Notes: a model not told the origin generated them from the sequence alone. DNA of 64,000 nt from Clostridia bacterium (GCA_017420755.1 JAFQOG010000032.1:5013-69012); one strand, 5' to 3'; positions 40,311 through 50,615 are shown, numbered from the stretch's first letter. Program-made: numbers and translations.

Positions 40311-41073
40311 ATTTGAACACCTCCCTAAAGCGCAAATCGAGGCTTTCCTCGTGGGCGTTGCGAAAATCCTTCATTGACTCGTGCTCTAAAATAACACCAT
40401 TTTTAATAAAAATGTATTCATCAAGCACATTCTCAACATCGGAAATCAAATGCGTTGAAATAATAACTGTAGCATCATCGCCTCGTCCTTTAATTATTGT
40501 GTCAAGAATGTAGTCGCGCGCTGCTGGGTCAACGCCGGCGATTGGTTCATCAAGCAAATAAAGACGCGCGCGTCTTGACATAACAAGAATAAGCTGCACC
40601 TTTTCCTTTGTTCCCTTGGAAAGAGTACGAAGCTTTGAATCCGTGGAAATATCAAGGTCTAAAAGCATTTTTTCTGCAATTTCACGGTCGAAATCCTTAT
40701 AAAAGTCCTCGAAAAAGTCAAGGCACTCTCCAACCTTCATCCAAGAGTTAAAATATGGACGCTCGGGCAAATAGGAAACGATGGCTTTGGTGTCAACGCC
40801 AATTTCGAGCCCATCAATCAAAGCGCATCCGTCGGTTGGGCAGAGAAGACCAGCTAAAATTTTAATCATTGTTGTTTTTCCACTTCCGTTTGGTCCTAAA
40901 AGACCAACGATTTTTCTCGGCTTGATTGATAATGAAACGCCAGAGAGTGCCTCAACCAATCCATAGCTCTTTCGTAAATTTTCAATATAAACAAGTGGCT
41001 TTTGGCTTTCTTTATTGTCGCCTGAAGCTTCTTTTTCTTCAAGTTGCCAGGGCTCAATTATTTCTTCCGTCAT
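40300..41073 (-). CDS. ABC transporter ATP-binding protein
   Basis: Walker A GPNGSGKTT, signature LSKGTKEK, Walker B LYLLDEP. Confidence 0.85.
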   Translation of the reverse strand: MTEEIIEPWQLEEKEASGDNKESQKPLVYIENLRKSYGLVEALSGVSLSIKPRKIVGLLGPNGSGKTTMIKILAGLLCPTDGCALIDGLEIGVDTKAIVSYLPERPYFNSWMKVGECLDFFEDFYKDFDREIAEKMLLDLDISTDSKLRTLSKGTKEKVQLILVMSRRARLYLLDEPIAGVDPAARDYILDTIIKGRGDDATVIISTHLISDVENVLDEYIFIKNGVILEHESMKDFRNAHEESLDLRFREVFKYVR

Positions 41074-41112
41074 AAAATCCTCCTTTTAGAATAAAAGCAT
41101 AAAGGAAATCCT

Positions 41113-41484
41113 TTATGCCTCTTTAGATTTTAAAAATTCTTTAATTTTGGCAAAGGTTTCGTCGCTGATAACATGTTCAATCTTGCAGCTGTCCTCAAGG
41201 GCGGTTTTTTCGTCAACGCCGAGCGCCATCAAAGCCTTTGAAATAACCGTGTGTCTTTCGTAAACGCTTTGAGCAATCAAAAATCCCTTTTCTGTCAAAT
41301 CGATGTTGCCATCAGAATCAACTGTTATATAGCCCTCCTCACGAAAGTTTTTCATAGCGACAGAAACGCTCGGCTTAGAAACCTCTAAGTCGTTTGCAAT
41401 ATCAATAGAACGAACAAAGCCCTTTTGGCTCTTGATGACCAAAATTGATTCAAGATAATTTTCTGCAGATTCCTTGATTATCAT
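41113..41484 (-). CDS. DtxR/MntR-family metal-dependent repressor (short form)
   Basis: ...ENYLESILVIKSQKGFVRSIDIANDLEVSKPSVSVAMKNF.... Confidence 0.8.
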   Translation of the reverse strand: MIIKESAENYLESILVIKSQKGFVRSIDIANDLEVSKPSVSVAMKNFREEGYITVDSDGNIDLTEKGFLIAQSVYERHTVISKALMALGVDEKTALEDSCKIEHVISDETFAKIKEFLKSKEA

Positions 41485-41585
41485 ACGCTAATCTCCTTTC
41501 GTTAGATATATATGTATTATATCATAAATTATTGCTTTTGTCAAATAAAAAACGCACTCGCTTGAGTGCGTTTAATATTGGTAAA

Positions 41586-44084
41586 TCAAAGAGTAGCCTT
41601 GTAGCCCTGAGCCTCTATTGTAGAGATAAGAAGCTGGGTGTCGACCTCCTTTGAAAGCTTAATAACAACATTTGATTTTTTGTGACTTGGAGTTGCAGTC
41701 AAAACGCCATCAAGGGCTTCGAGCGCTGTCTTGACTCTTGCCTCACAGTGTGGGCACATCATGCCCTCAACCTTAATCTTTAATTCCATTTTTTCATTTT
41801 CCTTTTCTATATTAAATAAATTTTTCCTTCTTTTATATTGACGCTTTTCGTTAAACAGATTCAAGCGCAATGCGTTTGTAACAACAGAGAAGCTTGAAAA
41901 GCTCATTGCAAGAGCGCCAAACATTGGAGATAAGGTAAGGGCGCCGTTTGACACATAAATAAATGCACCGGCAGCTAACGGAATTCCTATCCCGTTGTAG
42001 ATAAATGCCCAAAATAGATTTTGTTTTATATTTCTAAGCGTGGCGCGACTTAGCTTTATAGCCGTACAAATATCACTTGGATTGCTTTTCATAAGAACAA
42101 TATCTGCTGTATCAATTGCAATATCGGTTCCGTTGCCGATTGCAATGCCGACATCAGCCGTGGCAAGTGCTGGGGAGTCGTTGATTCCATCGCCAACCAT
42201 GATAACCTTACCGTGCTTTTTCATTTGGCTTACAATTTCTGCCTTGCCGTCTGGCAAAACCCCTGCAATAACGTCATCAACTTCAACCTCGCGGGCAACA
42301 GCAGTCGCTGTTTTTTCGTTATCGCCAGTTAGCATAACGACATAAAGTCCCATTTCCTTCAATGTTACAACAGATTCGCGCGCGCCGGCCTTTAACGTAT
42401 CTCTAACCGCAATTATACCGAGGGGAGTGTCGTTTTTTGCAAAGAACAACGGTGTTTTTCCCTGCTCGGCAAGTAACTCAAAGTGGTTTTTCAAGAGCTC
42501 GCTTTCACCTAAGCGCTCGGTTATGTATTTGTAGCTTGCTCCAAAGAAGATATCATTGTTAATTTCGCCCATAACACCACTACCACTAAGTGTTTTAAAA
42601 TGCACAAGTGGGAGCTTGGTTACGCCTTCTTTTTCGGCTTTTTTCTTTATAGCGGAAGCAAGTGGGTGCTCGCTTTTTTCCTCAAGAGAATATGCGTACT
42701 TTAACAGCTCTTCGCCTGTGATTCCGAAAGGAATAATGTCGGTCACCTCCGGCTCACCCTTGGTGATTGTGCCCGTTTTGTCGAGTAAGATTATATCGCA
42801 TTTGCCACAAGCCTCAAGCTTTATAGCGTCTTTAAATAAAATGCCCTTTTTTGCACCAACGCCGCTACCGACCATTATCGCAACGGGAGTTGCAAGACCA
42901 AGTGCACACGGACAGCTAATAACTAAAACTGAAATTCCACGCGCAAGGGAATAGCCAATATCTGCTCCACATAAAAGCCAAATTATTGTAGTTATAAGTG
43001 CTATTAAAATTACAACCGGAACGAAAAATCCAGACACAGTGTCGGCAATTTTTGCAATAGGTGCCTTTGTTGTAACCGCATCGGATACAGTTTTTATTAT
43101 TTTTGCAAGAGCCGTTTTTTCACCGACCTCGCTCGCTCTTGCCTTTATATATCCAGACTTGCAAGAGGATGAAGCAAAGATTTTATCGCCAACACCCTTT
43201 TCTGCCGGTACGCTCTCGCCAGTAAGTGAGGATTCGTCAAGAAAACACTCACCCTCAATAATAATCGCATCAACAGGAACGGAAGCGCCAGCCTTTACAA
43301 TAAATATATCTCCGACCTTGATACTAGATATGTCAACCTCGGTTTCCTTATCGTCTATCAGTAAAACGGCGCTTGTTGGCTTTAGCTTAACTAAGCTTTT
43401 TAGTGCATTTTTTGTTTTGCCCTTTGAGAATGCCTCAAGCATTTTGCCGATTGTTATAAGAACTAAAATCATCGCTGCCGATTCAAAATATAAATCTGAA
43501 TGGGCAAGCTCGGCTAAATATGATGGCTTGTCTGTGTTAAAGCACATAACAAATAAAATTACTGTGCTATAAATAAACGAAGCACCCGAGCCGATAGCGA
43601 CTAATGAATCCATATTAGGGGAAAGCTTAAAAATCCCCTTGAAGCCGTTTATAAAGAATTTTTGATTTATTACTAAAATAATGGTGCAAAGAAGCAGTTG
43701 AGAAAAAGCAAGAGCAATTGGATTTTTCTCAAGCGGTGGAATTTGCGGAAGTCCCATGTGTGCGCCCATTGAAATATACATAAGAGCCAAAAGAAACGAA
43801 AGAGAAATGAAGAATCGTCTTCTTAAAATTGGGGACTCATTGTCGATAAATAAATCTGTTTCCTTAAAAGAGACATTTTCTGAGGCACTTTTTAGAGAAG
43901 CGCCATAGCCGGCTTTTTTAACTGCGTTTATTACATCAGTTTCACTTGTCGAGCCTTCAACATTCATCGAGCTTGTCAAAAGATTGACAGAGCAGGATTC
44001 TATTCCGTCAAGTGACTTAACAGCCTTTTCAACGCGTGAAACACACGCGGCACAGCTCATGCCAGTTATATAGAAGCTTCGCAT
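41586..44084 (-). CDS. copA: copper-translocating P1B-type ATPase with N- and C-terminal HMA domains
   Basis: GMSCAACV (N-terminal HMA), CPC in SCPCALGLATP, DKTGT, GDGINDSPAL, and a C-terminal HMA with GMMCPHC. Confidence 0.9.
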   Translation of the reverse strand: MRSFYITGMSCAACVSRVEKAVKSLDGIESCSVNLLTSSMNVEGSTSETDVINAVKKAGYGASLKSASENVSFKETDLFIDNESPILRRRFFISLSFLLALMYISMGAHMGLPQIPPLEKNPIALAFSQLLLCTIILVINQKFFINGFKGIFKLSPNMDSLVAIGSGASFIYSTVILFVMCFNTDKPSYLAELAHSDLYFESAAMILVLITIGKMLEAFSKGKTKNALKSLVKLKPTSAVLLIDDKETEVDISSIKVGDIFIVKAGASVPVDAIIIEGECFLDESSLTGESVPAEKGVGDKIFASSSCKSGYIKARASEVGEKTALAKIIKTVSDAVTTKAPIAKIADTVSGFFVPVVILIALITTIIWLLCGADIGYSLARGISVLVISCPCALGLATPVAIMVGSGVGAKKGILFKDAIKLEACGKCDIILLDKTGTITKGEPEVTDIIPFGITGEELLKYAYSLEEKSEHPLASAIKKKAEKEGVTKLPLVHFKTLSGSGVMGEINNDIFFGASYKYITERLGESELLKNHFELLAEQGKTPLFFAKNDTPLGIIAVRDTLKAGARESVVTLKEMGLYVVMLTGDNEKTATAVAREVEVDDVIAGVLPDGKAEIVSQMKKHGKVIMVGDGINDSPALATADVGIAIGNGTDIAIDTADIVLMKSNPSDICTAIKLSRATLRNIKQNLFWAFIYNGIGIPLAAGAFIYVSNGALTLSPMFGALAMSFSSFSVVTNALRLNLFNEKRQYKRRKNLFNIEKENEKMELKIKVEGMMCPHCEARVKTALEALDGVLTATPSHKKSNVVIKLSKEVDTQLLISTIEAQGYKATL

Positions 44085-44114
44085 TTTAGCCCTCCTTTTT
44101 TCTTTATCAATTTA

Positions 44115-44142
44115 ATTATACCCTTAAAAAGCGTTTTGTCAA
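44115..44142 (-). promoter_or_regulatory. sigma70-type promoter of copA
   Basis: Minus strand TTGACA, 16-nt spacer, TATAAT. Confidence 0.5.
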
Positions 44143-44278
44143 CCCTGCTTTTGACTATGCAAAAGCAAAAAAGCTCATTTTTCGAAAACCTTCCTTATTA
44201 AATATTAATAGGAAATCAGTAAAAATTTTCGGCAAAAAATATTCCCAAAAAAAATTTCAAAAATTTTGGAAAAATCAC

Positions 44279-44307
44279 TTGACAAACTCGGTTAGTTATG
44301 CTAAACT
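44279..44307 (+). promoter_or_regulatory. sigma70-type promoter of feoAB
   Basis: TTGACA, 17-nt spacer, TAAACT. Confidence 0.55.
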
Positions 44308-44333
44308 AACTGCGTAGTTAGTCAAGACTAACT
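44291..44333. promoter_or_regulatory. two DtxR/IdeR-box-like palindromes
   Basis: GTTAGTT-n6-AACTAAC (44291-44310) and the perfect AGTTAGTC-aa-GACTAACT (44316-44333). They overlap or follow the -10 element. Confidence 0.55.
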
Positions 44334-44363
44334 CTAAGCTGTTTATGAAGGAGAAAAGCAAAA

Positions 44364-44591
44364 ATGACTTTAAAGGACGCAAAGGTCGGCGAAACCGTTA
44401 AGGTTCTAAAGGTTACGGGCGAAGGACCGATAAAAAGACGTATCATGGACCTTGGCATTACTAAAGGCGTTGAAATTTATGTAAGAAAGGTGGCGCCTCT
44501 TGGGGACCCATTTGAGCTTACAGTCAGAGGCTACGAGCTTAGCCTAAGAAAAGAAGACGCTAAGATGATAGCGACAGAAAAAATCAGTTAA
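44364..44591 (+). CDS. feoA: FeoA family protein
   Basis: 75 aa, ...VKVLKVTGEGPIKRRIMDLGITKG.... Confidence 0.88.
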   Translation: MTLKDAKVGETVKVLKVTGEGPIKRRIMDLGITKGVEIYVRKVAPLGDPFELTVRGYELSLRKEDAKMIATEKIS

Positions 44592-44627
44592 TTTTGCAAA
44601 TAGCGTGGAGTCGCTTTAGGAGGAAAA

Positions 44628-46886
44628 ATGTCAATTAAAATCGCTTTAGTTGGAAACCCCAATACGGGTAAAACAACGCTTTTCAATGCGTTAACCGGCT
44701 CAAACCAATATGTTGGCAACTGGCCAGGCGTTACAGTCGAGAAAAAAGAGGGAAAAATAAAGTGGAACAAGGAGGTTATTTTAACAGACCTTCCGGGTAT
44801 TTATTCACTTTCTCCATATACACCTGAGGAAATTGTTGCAAGAAACTATTTGGTTGATGAGCACCCAAGCGCAATAATCAATATTGTTGACGGCACAAAT
44901 CTTGAAAGAAATTTATATTTGACCACTCAGCTTCTTGATTTTGGGATTCCGGTTGTGATTGCAATCAACTTTATGGACGTTGTAAGAAAGCGTGGCACAA
45001 AATTAAATCTCAAAAAAATTGAGAAGGAGCTTGGATGCAGGGTTGTTGAAATCTCTGCCTTGAAGGGCGATGGAATTGAGGAGGTCGCAAGGGAAGCAAT
45101 CGCCATCTCAACCAAAAAGCCTTTCTTTAAAAAAGATATCTTCTCCCACAAGACTGAGCAAGCAATTGAGAAAATAGAGAAGATAGTTTCTGGTGGCTAC
45201 ATAGAGGAAAGAGAGCTTCGTTTTATCAGTGTTAAGCTTCTTGAAAGAGACGAGGAAATAGTTTCCCACATTGACCTTAGCGAAAAAGGCAAGAAAGAAA
45301 TAGAAAAAATAATCAAAGCGCTTGAAGAAGAATTCGATGATGACAGTGAAGGAATTGTTATAAGTGAGCGATACGATTATATAACATCAATTGTTGAAAA
45401 AAAGGTGTCAGGTAAGGACAAAATTTCCACCTCTGACAAAATAGACAGAATAGTAACAAACAGATGGCTTGCAATCCCAATTTTTGCCCTTGTTATGTTC
45501 TCTGTATATTTTATTGCAATAGGAACTATTGGACAATGGATGACAGATTTTGCAAACGAAACATTGTTTGGCGAATGGATTGTGCCGGGTGCGGTTTCGC
45601 TTCTTGAGGGCTGGGGTGTTTCACCTTGGGTTGTTGGACTCGTTGCTGACGGAATAATCGGCGGAGTTGGCTCTGTGCTTGGCTTTGTGCCACAAATGGT
45701 AATACTTTTCTTGCTTCTTTCACTCCTTGAGGATTGTGGATATATGTCAAGAATAGCCTTCATTATGGACAGGGTTTTCCGTCGCTTTGGTCTTTCGGGC
45801 AAATCATTTGTACCAATGCTTATAGCCTCTGGCTGTGGCGTTCCCGGTATTATGGCAAGCCGTACAATTGAGCAACAAAATGACCGCAAAATCACAATAA
45901 TGACAACAGGCTTTATTCCTTGCTCGGCGAAAATGCCAATAGTTGCATTTGTTGCTGGTGAAATCTTTGGCGGAGGAATTTGGGGCGCAGTTGTTGCAAC
46001 CGGTGCATACTTTGTCGGCATAGGCGCAGTTATTTGCTCAGGCATTATCTTAAAGAAATTCAAAGCATTTTGGGGACATCCAGCACCATTTGTTATGGAG
46101 CTTCCCGAATATCATGTTCCTGCACCAAAAAACGTATTTAAATCAACATTTGACCGTGCTTGGAGCTTTATTAAGCGCGCGGGTACAGTAATTTTGCTCG
46201 CAAGCATTCTTATTTGGACATTCCAAAACGTTTCACTCGATTCAACTAAATCCGAGGTCGTTATGGACGTTGAAACCGGTGAAGCCATTCACGGCGTGCA
46301 CGCCCACGAGATATACGACGAGGACGGCAACGTAATTGACTACGAGATGGCGAACCACGATGGTCCTCACTTTATAAAAGAGGGGTGTACATCAAAATCG
46401 GTTCTTCAAGTGCTTGGAGAGGGACTCTCAATAGTGTTTAAGCCACTTGGCTTTGGAGAAAGCTGGGAAACAAGTGTGGCAACTGTTCTTGGCTTAGTAG
46501 CTAAGGAGGAGGTGCCTGGCGCTCTCGGCACAATGACAGAGGGACGCAATCTTTCCTCCGCCGCAGATGAGTTCTTTGCGCATAGCCGTTTAAAGGGCCT
46601 TTCATTCTTGATTTTCAACCTCCTTTGTGCACCTTGCTTTGGTGCTATCGGAGCTATAAAAAATGAAATGAACAGCAAAAGATGGACTTGGCTCACGCTT
46701 GGTTATATGACCGGACTTGCGTATGCATTGTCGTTGATGGTTTATCAGTTCGGCAGACTTGTGCGATATGGTTCATTTGGATTTTTCACGGTAATTGCAT
46801 TTATTTTACTGGCGATTTTCCTATACCTACTTTTCAAGCCTGCAAAATTTTCAATTTTTGGAATTTTCAAAAAGAAAAAAGCGTAA
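44628..46886 (+). CDS. feoB: ferrous iron transporter FeoB
   Basis: G-domain GNPNTGKTTLFNALTG, then a polytopic permease domain. Confidence 0.93.
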   Translation: MSIKIALVGNPNTGKTTLFNALTGSNQYVGNWPGVTVEKKEGKIKWNKEVILTDLPGIYSLSPYTPEEIVARNYLVDEHPSAIINIVDGTNLERNLYLTTQLLDFGIPVVIAINFMDVVRKRGTKLNLKKIEKELGCRVVEISALKGDGIEEVAREAIAISTKKPFFKKDIFSHKTEQAIEKIEKIVSGGYIEERELRFISVKLLERDEEIVSHIDLSEKGKKEIEKIIKALEEEFDDDSEGIVISERYDYITSIVEKKVSGKDKISTSDKIDRIVTNRWLAIPIFALVMFSVYFIAIGTIGQWMTDFANETLFGEWIVPGAVSLLEGWGVSPWVVGLVADGIIGGVGSVLGFVPQMVILFLLLSLLEDCGYMSRIAFIMDRVFRRFGLSGKSFVPMLIASGCGVPGIMASRTIEQQNDRKITIMTTGFIPCSAKMPIVAFVAGEIFGGGIWGAVVATGAYFVGIGAVICSGIILKKFKAFWGHPAPFVMELPEYHVPAPKNVFKSTFDRAWSFIKRAGTVILLASILIWTFQNVSLDSTKSEVVMDVETGEAIHGVHAHEIYDEDGNVIDYEMANHDGPHFIKEGCTSKSVLQVLGEGLSIVFKPLGFGESWETSVATVLGLVAKEEVPGALGTMTEGRNLSSAADEFFAHSRLKGLSFLIFNLLCAPCFGAIGAIKNEMNSKRWTWLTLGYMTGLAYALSLMVYQFGRLVRYGSFGFFTVIAFILLAIFLYLLFKPAKFSIFGIFKKKKA

Positions 46887-46914
46887 TTCAAAATATTTAT
46901 AAGGAGGACACAAT

Positions 46915-47124
46915 ATGATACCCACAATAATAGCAATAGTAGTGATTTTGGCAATCGTTTTGGCGATAGTAATCAAAATGATAATAAACAAAAAGCAGGG
47001 AAAAACCACATGCTCCTGCGGCTGTGGTGGATGTGCAATGAAGGATATGTGCCACTCCTCGAAAAGCGAAGATGAGAGGGCTTTGCCAAATGAGCAAGAA
47101 AATGGCGAAGCAAAAACAGAATAG
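46915..47124 (+). CDS. FeoB-associated Cys-rich membrane protein
   Basis: One TM followed by CSCGCGGCAMKDMC. Immediately after feoB. Confidence 0.75.
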   Translation: MIPTIIAIVVILAIVLAIVIKMIINKKQGKTTCSCGCGGCAMKDMCHSSKSEDERALPNEQENGEAKTE

Positions 47125-47181
47125 ACCCCATAAATTTTTTACATAAGATTTTCCAAAGACTAACCAAGGGGAACGGTTAGC

Positions 47182-47213
47182 AAAAAAAGAGTGCCAAATG
47201 GCACTCTTTTTTT
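47182..47213. terminator. bidirectional terminator
   Basis: A7-GAGTGCC-aaat-GGCACTC-T7 between convergent genes. Confidence 0.8.
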
Positions 47214-49002
47214 ATTCAAATAATGTCCAAACCTGCATATCGTTTTCGCCTCTGTTTGCAAATGCGTAGTAGGGAATAAGCTTTGCCTGTGTTTTCTGTC
47301 GTTCATATGACATTGGAGAGTAAAGTGCGCCGTTGCCCTTCTTCATGTAGGCGTCAACCGTTATTGTAGGAACACCAAGCTCCTTGTCAAAGCCGTGTAT
47401 AAAATCGGTGTCTTTATTTATGCGAATATTAAATAATTCACCTTCGTTGTCACACCCTTCCATACAGTAAACAACAGGTCCGCGCATAATTGCAACCTTG
47501 CCGGCAGTTGACAAAATAGCAGGATTGCCCTCAATTAGCATAGTTGGCATTTCAAACTCGATTGTTTTCTCAATTCCTGCCGTTAAATTAATTGGAACAT
47601 AGCTGTTTCCTAAATATTCTGGCACGCGCACAAAAACAGTAACGTCCTCGCTTGAAACAAGCGAAATCTTGACGTTTTCGGGATAAGACGTTTTCTCTAC
47701 AAGCGTAATTTCCTTGCCGTTTATATTGAATTTTGCTTCGCTGGACGCAAATTGCTGTAAATAAATTCCATCGTCATTATAGGTGTAGAGAAGTGAGCCA
47801 AAGGAACCGAGGAATCTAACGATATTCGGTGGACAGCAAGAGCACTCAAACACCTCAAATCTTGTCATTGGTGGGAGATTGTCGCTATAATTAACAGAAA
47901 CGTGTCGAGTGTGGTTTTTCTTAACTATTTCAAGCGGGTTGACGTAGAAAAACGACTTGCCGTCAAGAGAAATTGAGGATAAAAAGCCGTTATATAAAAC
48001 CCTTTCAATAAGATCGGCATACTTTTTCTTTCCTGTTAAAGCGAGCATTCTTTGTGCAAAGAAGACAAGGCCGATAGCGGCACAGGATTCTGAATATGCT
48101 GTTTCGGTTGGCAAATCGTAGTCGATTGTAAAAGCCTCACCGTGTCTTGTTGAGCCAATTCCACCTGTAATATACATTTTATGTGTGATAATATCGTCAA
48201 ATATTTTTTCACACGCACCTTTTAACTCTGTATCGCCATCTAAAAGAGCGATATCAGCCATCGAGGAATAAAAATATGTCGCACGTACACTATGACCCAT
48301 CGCGGTTTCTTGTTTTTTTGCCTCAATATGTGATTGAAGATAAGATTCGTTTGACCAATCAGTAAGTGCGTTTTCACATTCCTTTCCACGCTCTAAAACA
48401 AAGAAGCGGGCAAGATCTAAAAATTTTCTTTCACCTGTAAATTTATAAAGACGGACAAGTGCAAGCTCTATTTCCTCGTGACCTGGCGTTTTAAAGCCTG
48501 TGTCGCCCTTGATTTTAAAGCGATATTCTATATAATCTACATATTTAATCATCAAGTCAACGAATTTTGTCTTGCCTGTCGCCTCAGCATAAGCAACAGC
48601 TGCTTCTATTAAATGACCGGCACAGTAGAGCTCGTGACAGTCGCGATTTTTAAAGATGTTTTGTGGTTCAATAGCAATATAAAAGCTATTAAAATATCCA
48701 CAGGGTAGCTGATTTTTCTCAATATCATCAACAACTCCGTCAATGATTTTTTCAAGCTCCGGCTCTGGCGATTTTTTAATAAGATAAGCAGCACCCTCAA
48801 TCCACTTGGCAACATCGCTGTCCCAATAAATATGAGGCTTAATTTTGGCGTTTTTGTCGCATTTAAAGGCATCAAAGCGACCTGTTTCCTTAAATCTTTT
48901 GTAAACAGCCCAAACGGTTGTTTCTCTTAAGATATTTTGCCTTGCATTCCAAAAGCCACCGGTGATATTTACATTTTCAAAGCTTAAAACCTTATGTTCC
49001 AT
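47212..49002 (-). CDS. GH127 (beta-L-arabinofuranosidase, DUF1680) family protein
   Basis: N-terminus ...ITGGFWNARQNI...TGRFDAF.... Cys-rich site ECSCCPPNIVRF. Confidence 0.8.
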   Translation of the reverse strand: MEHKVLSFENVNITGGFWNARQNILRETTVWAVYKRFKETGRFDAFKCDKNAKIKPHIYWDSDVAKWIEGAAYLIKKSPEPELEKIIDGVVDDIEKNQLPCGYFNSFYIAIEPQNIFKNRDCHELYCAGHLIEAAVAYAEATGKTKFVDLMIKYVDYIEYRFKIKGDTGFKTPGHEEIELALVRLYKFTGERKFLDLARFFVLERGKECENALTDWSNESYLQSHIEAKKQETAMGHSVRATYFYSSMADIALLDGDTELKGACEKIFDDIITHKMYITGGIGSTRHGEAFTIDYDLPTETAYSESCAAIGLVFFAQRMLALTGKKKYADLIERVLYNGFLSSISLDGKSFFYVNPLEIVKKNHTRHVSVNYSDNLPPMTRFEVFECSCCPPNIVRFLGSFGSLLYTYNDDGIYLQQFASSEAKFNINGKEITLVEKTSYPENVKISLVSSEDVTVFVRVPEYLGNSYVPINLTAGIEKTIEFEMPTMLIEGNPAILSTAGKVAIMRGPVVYCMEGCDNEGELFNIRINKDTDFIHGFDKELGVPTITVDAYMKKGNGALYSPMSYERQKTQAKLIPYYAFANRGENDMQVWTLFE

Positions 49003-49564
49003 AGAATAAAACTCCTAAAACTCCCGAAAAAACAATTAAAATAATAGGGGAAATGGCTTTTTTCTTAAATTTTTGCCAAGCAAAATAAAGAATTGCCACA
49101 AGACCCAAAATTAAAGCACTCTTTAAATCAAATGTAAAGCCGTCCATAATTGAATACATGCCAAAAATCAAATTGAAGATTAAAATAACTGACATTCCAA
49201 TTATAAGACCGACAATTGCAGGACGCATACCATTTAAAACGGCTTTCACAGCCTTAAATTCAAGAAGATTTTTAAGCAGAGCCGCAATTATCAAAATTAT
49301 AATAAGCGATGGCAAAACAACACCAAGCGTTGCTAAAAACGCACCGAGAATTCCACCCTGACTTGAGCCAACAAAGGTTGCAATATTTATTGCAATAGGA
49401 CCGGGGGTTGATTCAGCAACTGCAACAAAATTAAGAAGCTCACCTTCAGTCAGCCACGCATTTGAAAGACACTCGTCACGTATTAAGGAAATCATACCAA
49501 GCCCGCCACCGAAGGAAAGAGCGCCTATTTTAAGGAAGGATAAAAATAAATTTAAATAAATCAT
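48992..49564 (-). CDS. chromate transporter family protein (half-size)
   Basis: FGGGLGMISL...ESTPGPIAINIATFVG. Confidence 0.8.
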   Translation of the reverse strand: MIYLNLFLSFLKIGALSFGGGLGMISLIRDECLSNAWLTEGELLNFVAVAESTPGPIAINIATFVGSSQGGILGAFLATLGVVLPSLIIILIIAALLKNLLEFKAVKAVLNGMRPAIVGLIIGMSVILIFNLIFGMYSIMDGFTFDLKSALILGLVAILYFAWQKFKKKAISPIILIVFSGVLGVLFYGT

Positions 49565-50148
49565 TTCTTGCCCTCCTCATTCTTTTCCTTTATATATTTA
49601 ACCATAAAGATAATAAGCCCAACAAGGCCACTGATTAGAATATATAAAATAGCAGAGAAGCTAACACCGGTAAAGCTAAACAGCACCATAAAGAAAATAG
49701 TTACACATAATATAATAGTATTTACAAGCGTTCCCTTCAATTGCTTTAGCATTTTAAAGCCAGCAGATAAAATAAGGAAAATGACACACACCTGAATCCC
49801 ACGAAACGCAGAATAAACCCAAGTGATTTCAAGGAATCTGTCAAAAAACAGGGAAATTAAAAAGATAATAACAAAGGAGGGCATGCACATACCAATGGTG
49901 GAGAGAAGTGCGCCCAAAAATCCAGCACGCTTATAGCCAACATATGTTGACATATTTATAGCGATTGGTCCGGGTGTTGACTCAGCAACAGCGACAACAT
50001 CCATAAACTCGTCGTGTGATAAATAATTCTTTCTTTCTACAAATTCGCTGTGCAAGAGTCCAATCATTGCGTATCCACCACCAAAGGTGAAAAGTCCGAT
50101 TTTCATCATTTTCAGCATCAAAGAAAGAGACGAAAGAAGACGCTTCAT
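49561..50148 (-). CDS. chromate transporter family protein (half-size)
   Basis: FGGGYAMIGL...ESTPGPIAINMSTYVG. 4-nt overlap with its partner gene. Confidence 0.8.
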   Translation of the reverse strand: MKRLLSSLSLMLKMMKIGLFTFGGGYAMIGLLHSEFVERKNYLSHDEFMDVVAVAESTPGPIAINMSTYVGYKRAGFLGALLSTIGMCMPSFVIIFLISLFFDRFLEITWVYSAFRGIQVCVIFLILSAGFKMLKQLKGTLVNTIILCVTIFFMVLFSFTGVSFSAILYILISGLVGLIIFMVKYIKEKNEEGKK

Positions 50149-50243
50149 ATATACCCCCTTTTTAAAATATGTTAATTAAATTATATCATTGCTAAAAGAA
50201 AAATGCAATAAAAAAGCACCCTAAAAGGGTGCTTTAATTCTAA

Positions 50244-50615
50244 TTATTGAGCTTTTTGATAATCCTTTATTTCAAGCTCGCGCATTTTTTGGTCGTAGGT
50301 GTATGAAATAACGCTTTCTTTTCCGTCCTCTGAGGTGGTTTTAATTTTTCCATTGAAAATAGAGAAGGTTCCCTTTTCAACAGTCTCGCCCTTTATTGAT
50401 AATGTCGTTTTTTCATATGTATCATCATCGTTAAAGGTGTAGGAGGTCATAACCTGTTCTTCAATTGGAGTATTTTCATCAGGTAAAGCAACCCAAGTGC
50501 CCAAAACGGCATAACGATGTGTTTTTGCACCAACGAAAACAACAGTAAACACGCTTAACACAATCAAAACAACTAATGCGCACGCGAGAGAAATTATAAA
50601 TTTTTTAGTAGACAT
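50244..50615 (-). CDS. membrane-anchored protein of unknown function
   Basis: N-terminal TM. No recognisable motifs. Confidence 0.45.
   Translation of the reverse strand: MSTKKFIISLACALVVLIVLSVFTVVFVGAKTHRYAVLGTWVALPDENTPIEEQVMTSYTFNDDDTYEKTTLSIKGETVEKGTFSIFNGKIKTTSEDGKESVISYTYDQKMRELEIKDYQKAQ

Noticed and set aside
42040-43572. Plus-strand ORFs antisense to copA
   Set aside because: They are shadow ORFs inside a strongly supported P-type ATPase CDS.
44085-44278. Searched for CopY (TACAnnTGTA) or CsoR-type operators upstream of copA
   Set aside because: None was seen. Only a sigma70-type promoter is supportable.
45377-46063. 228-aa minus-strand ORF antisense to feoB
   Set aside because: It is a shadow ORF inside feoB.
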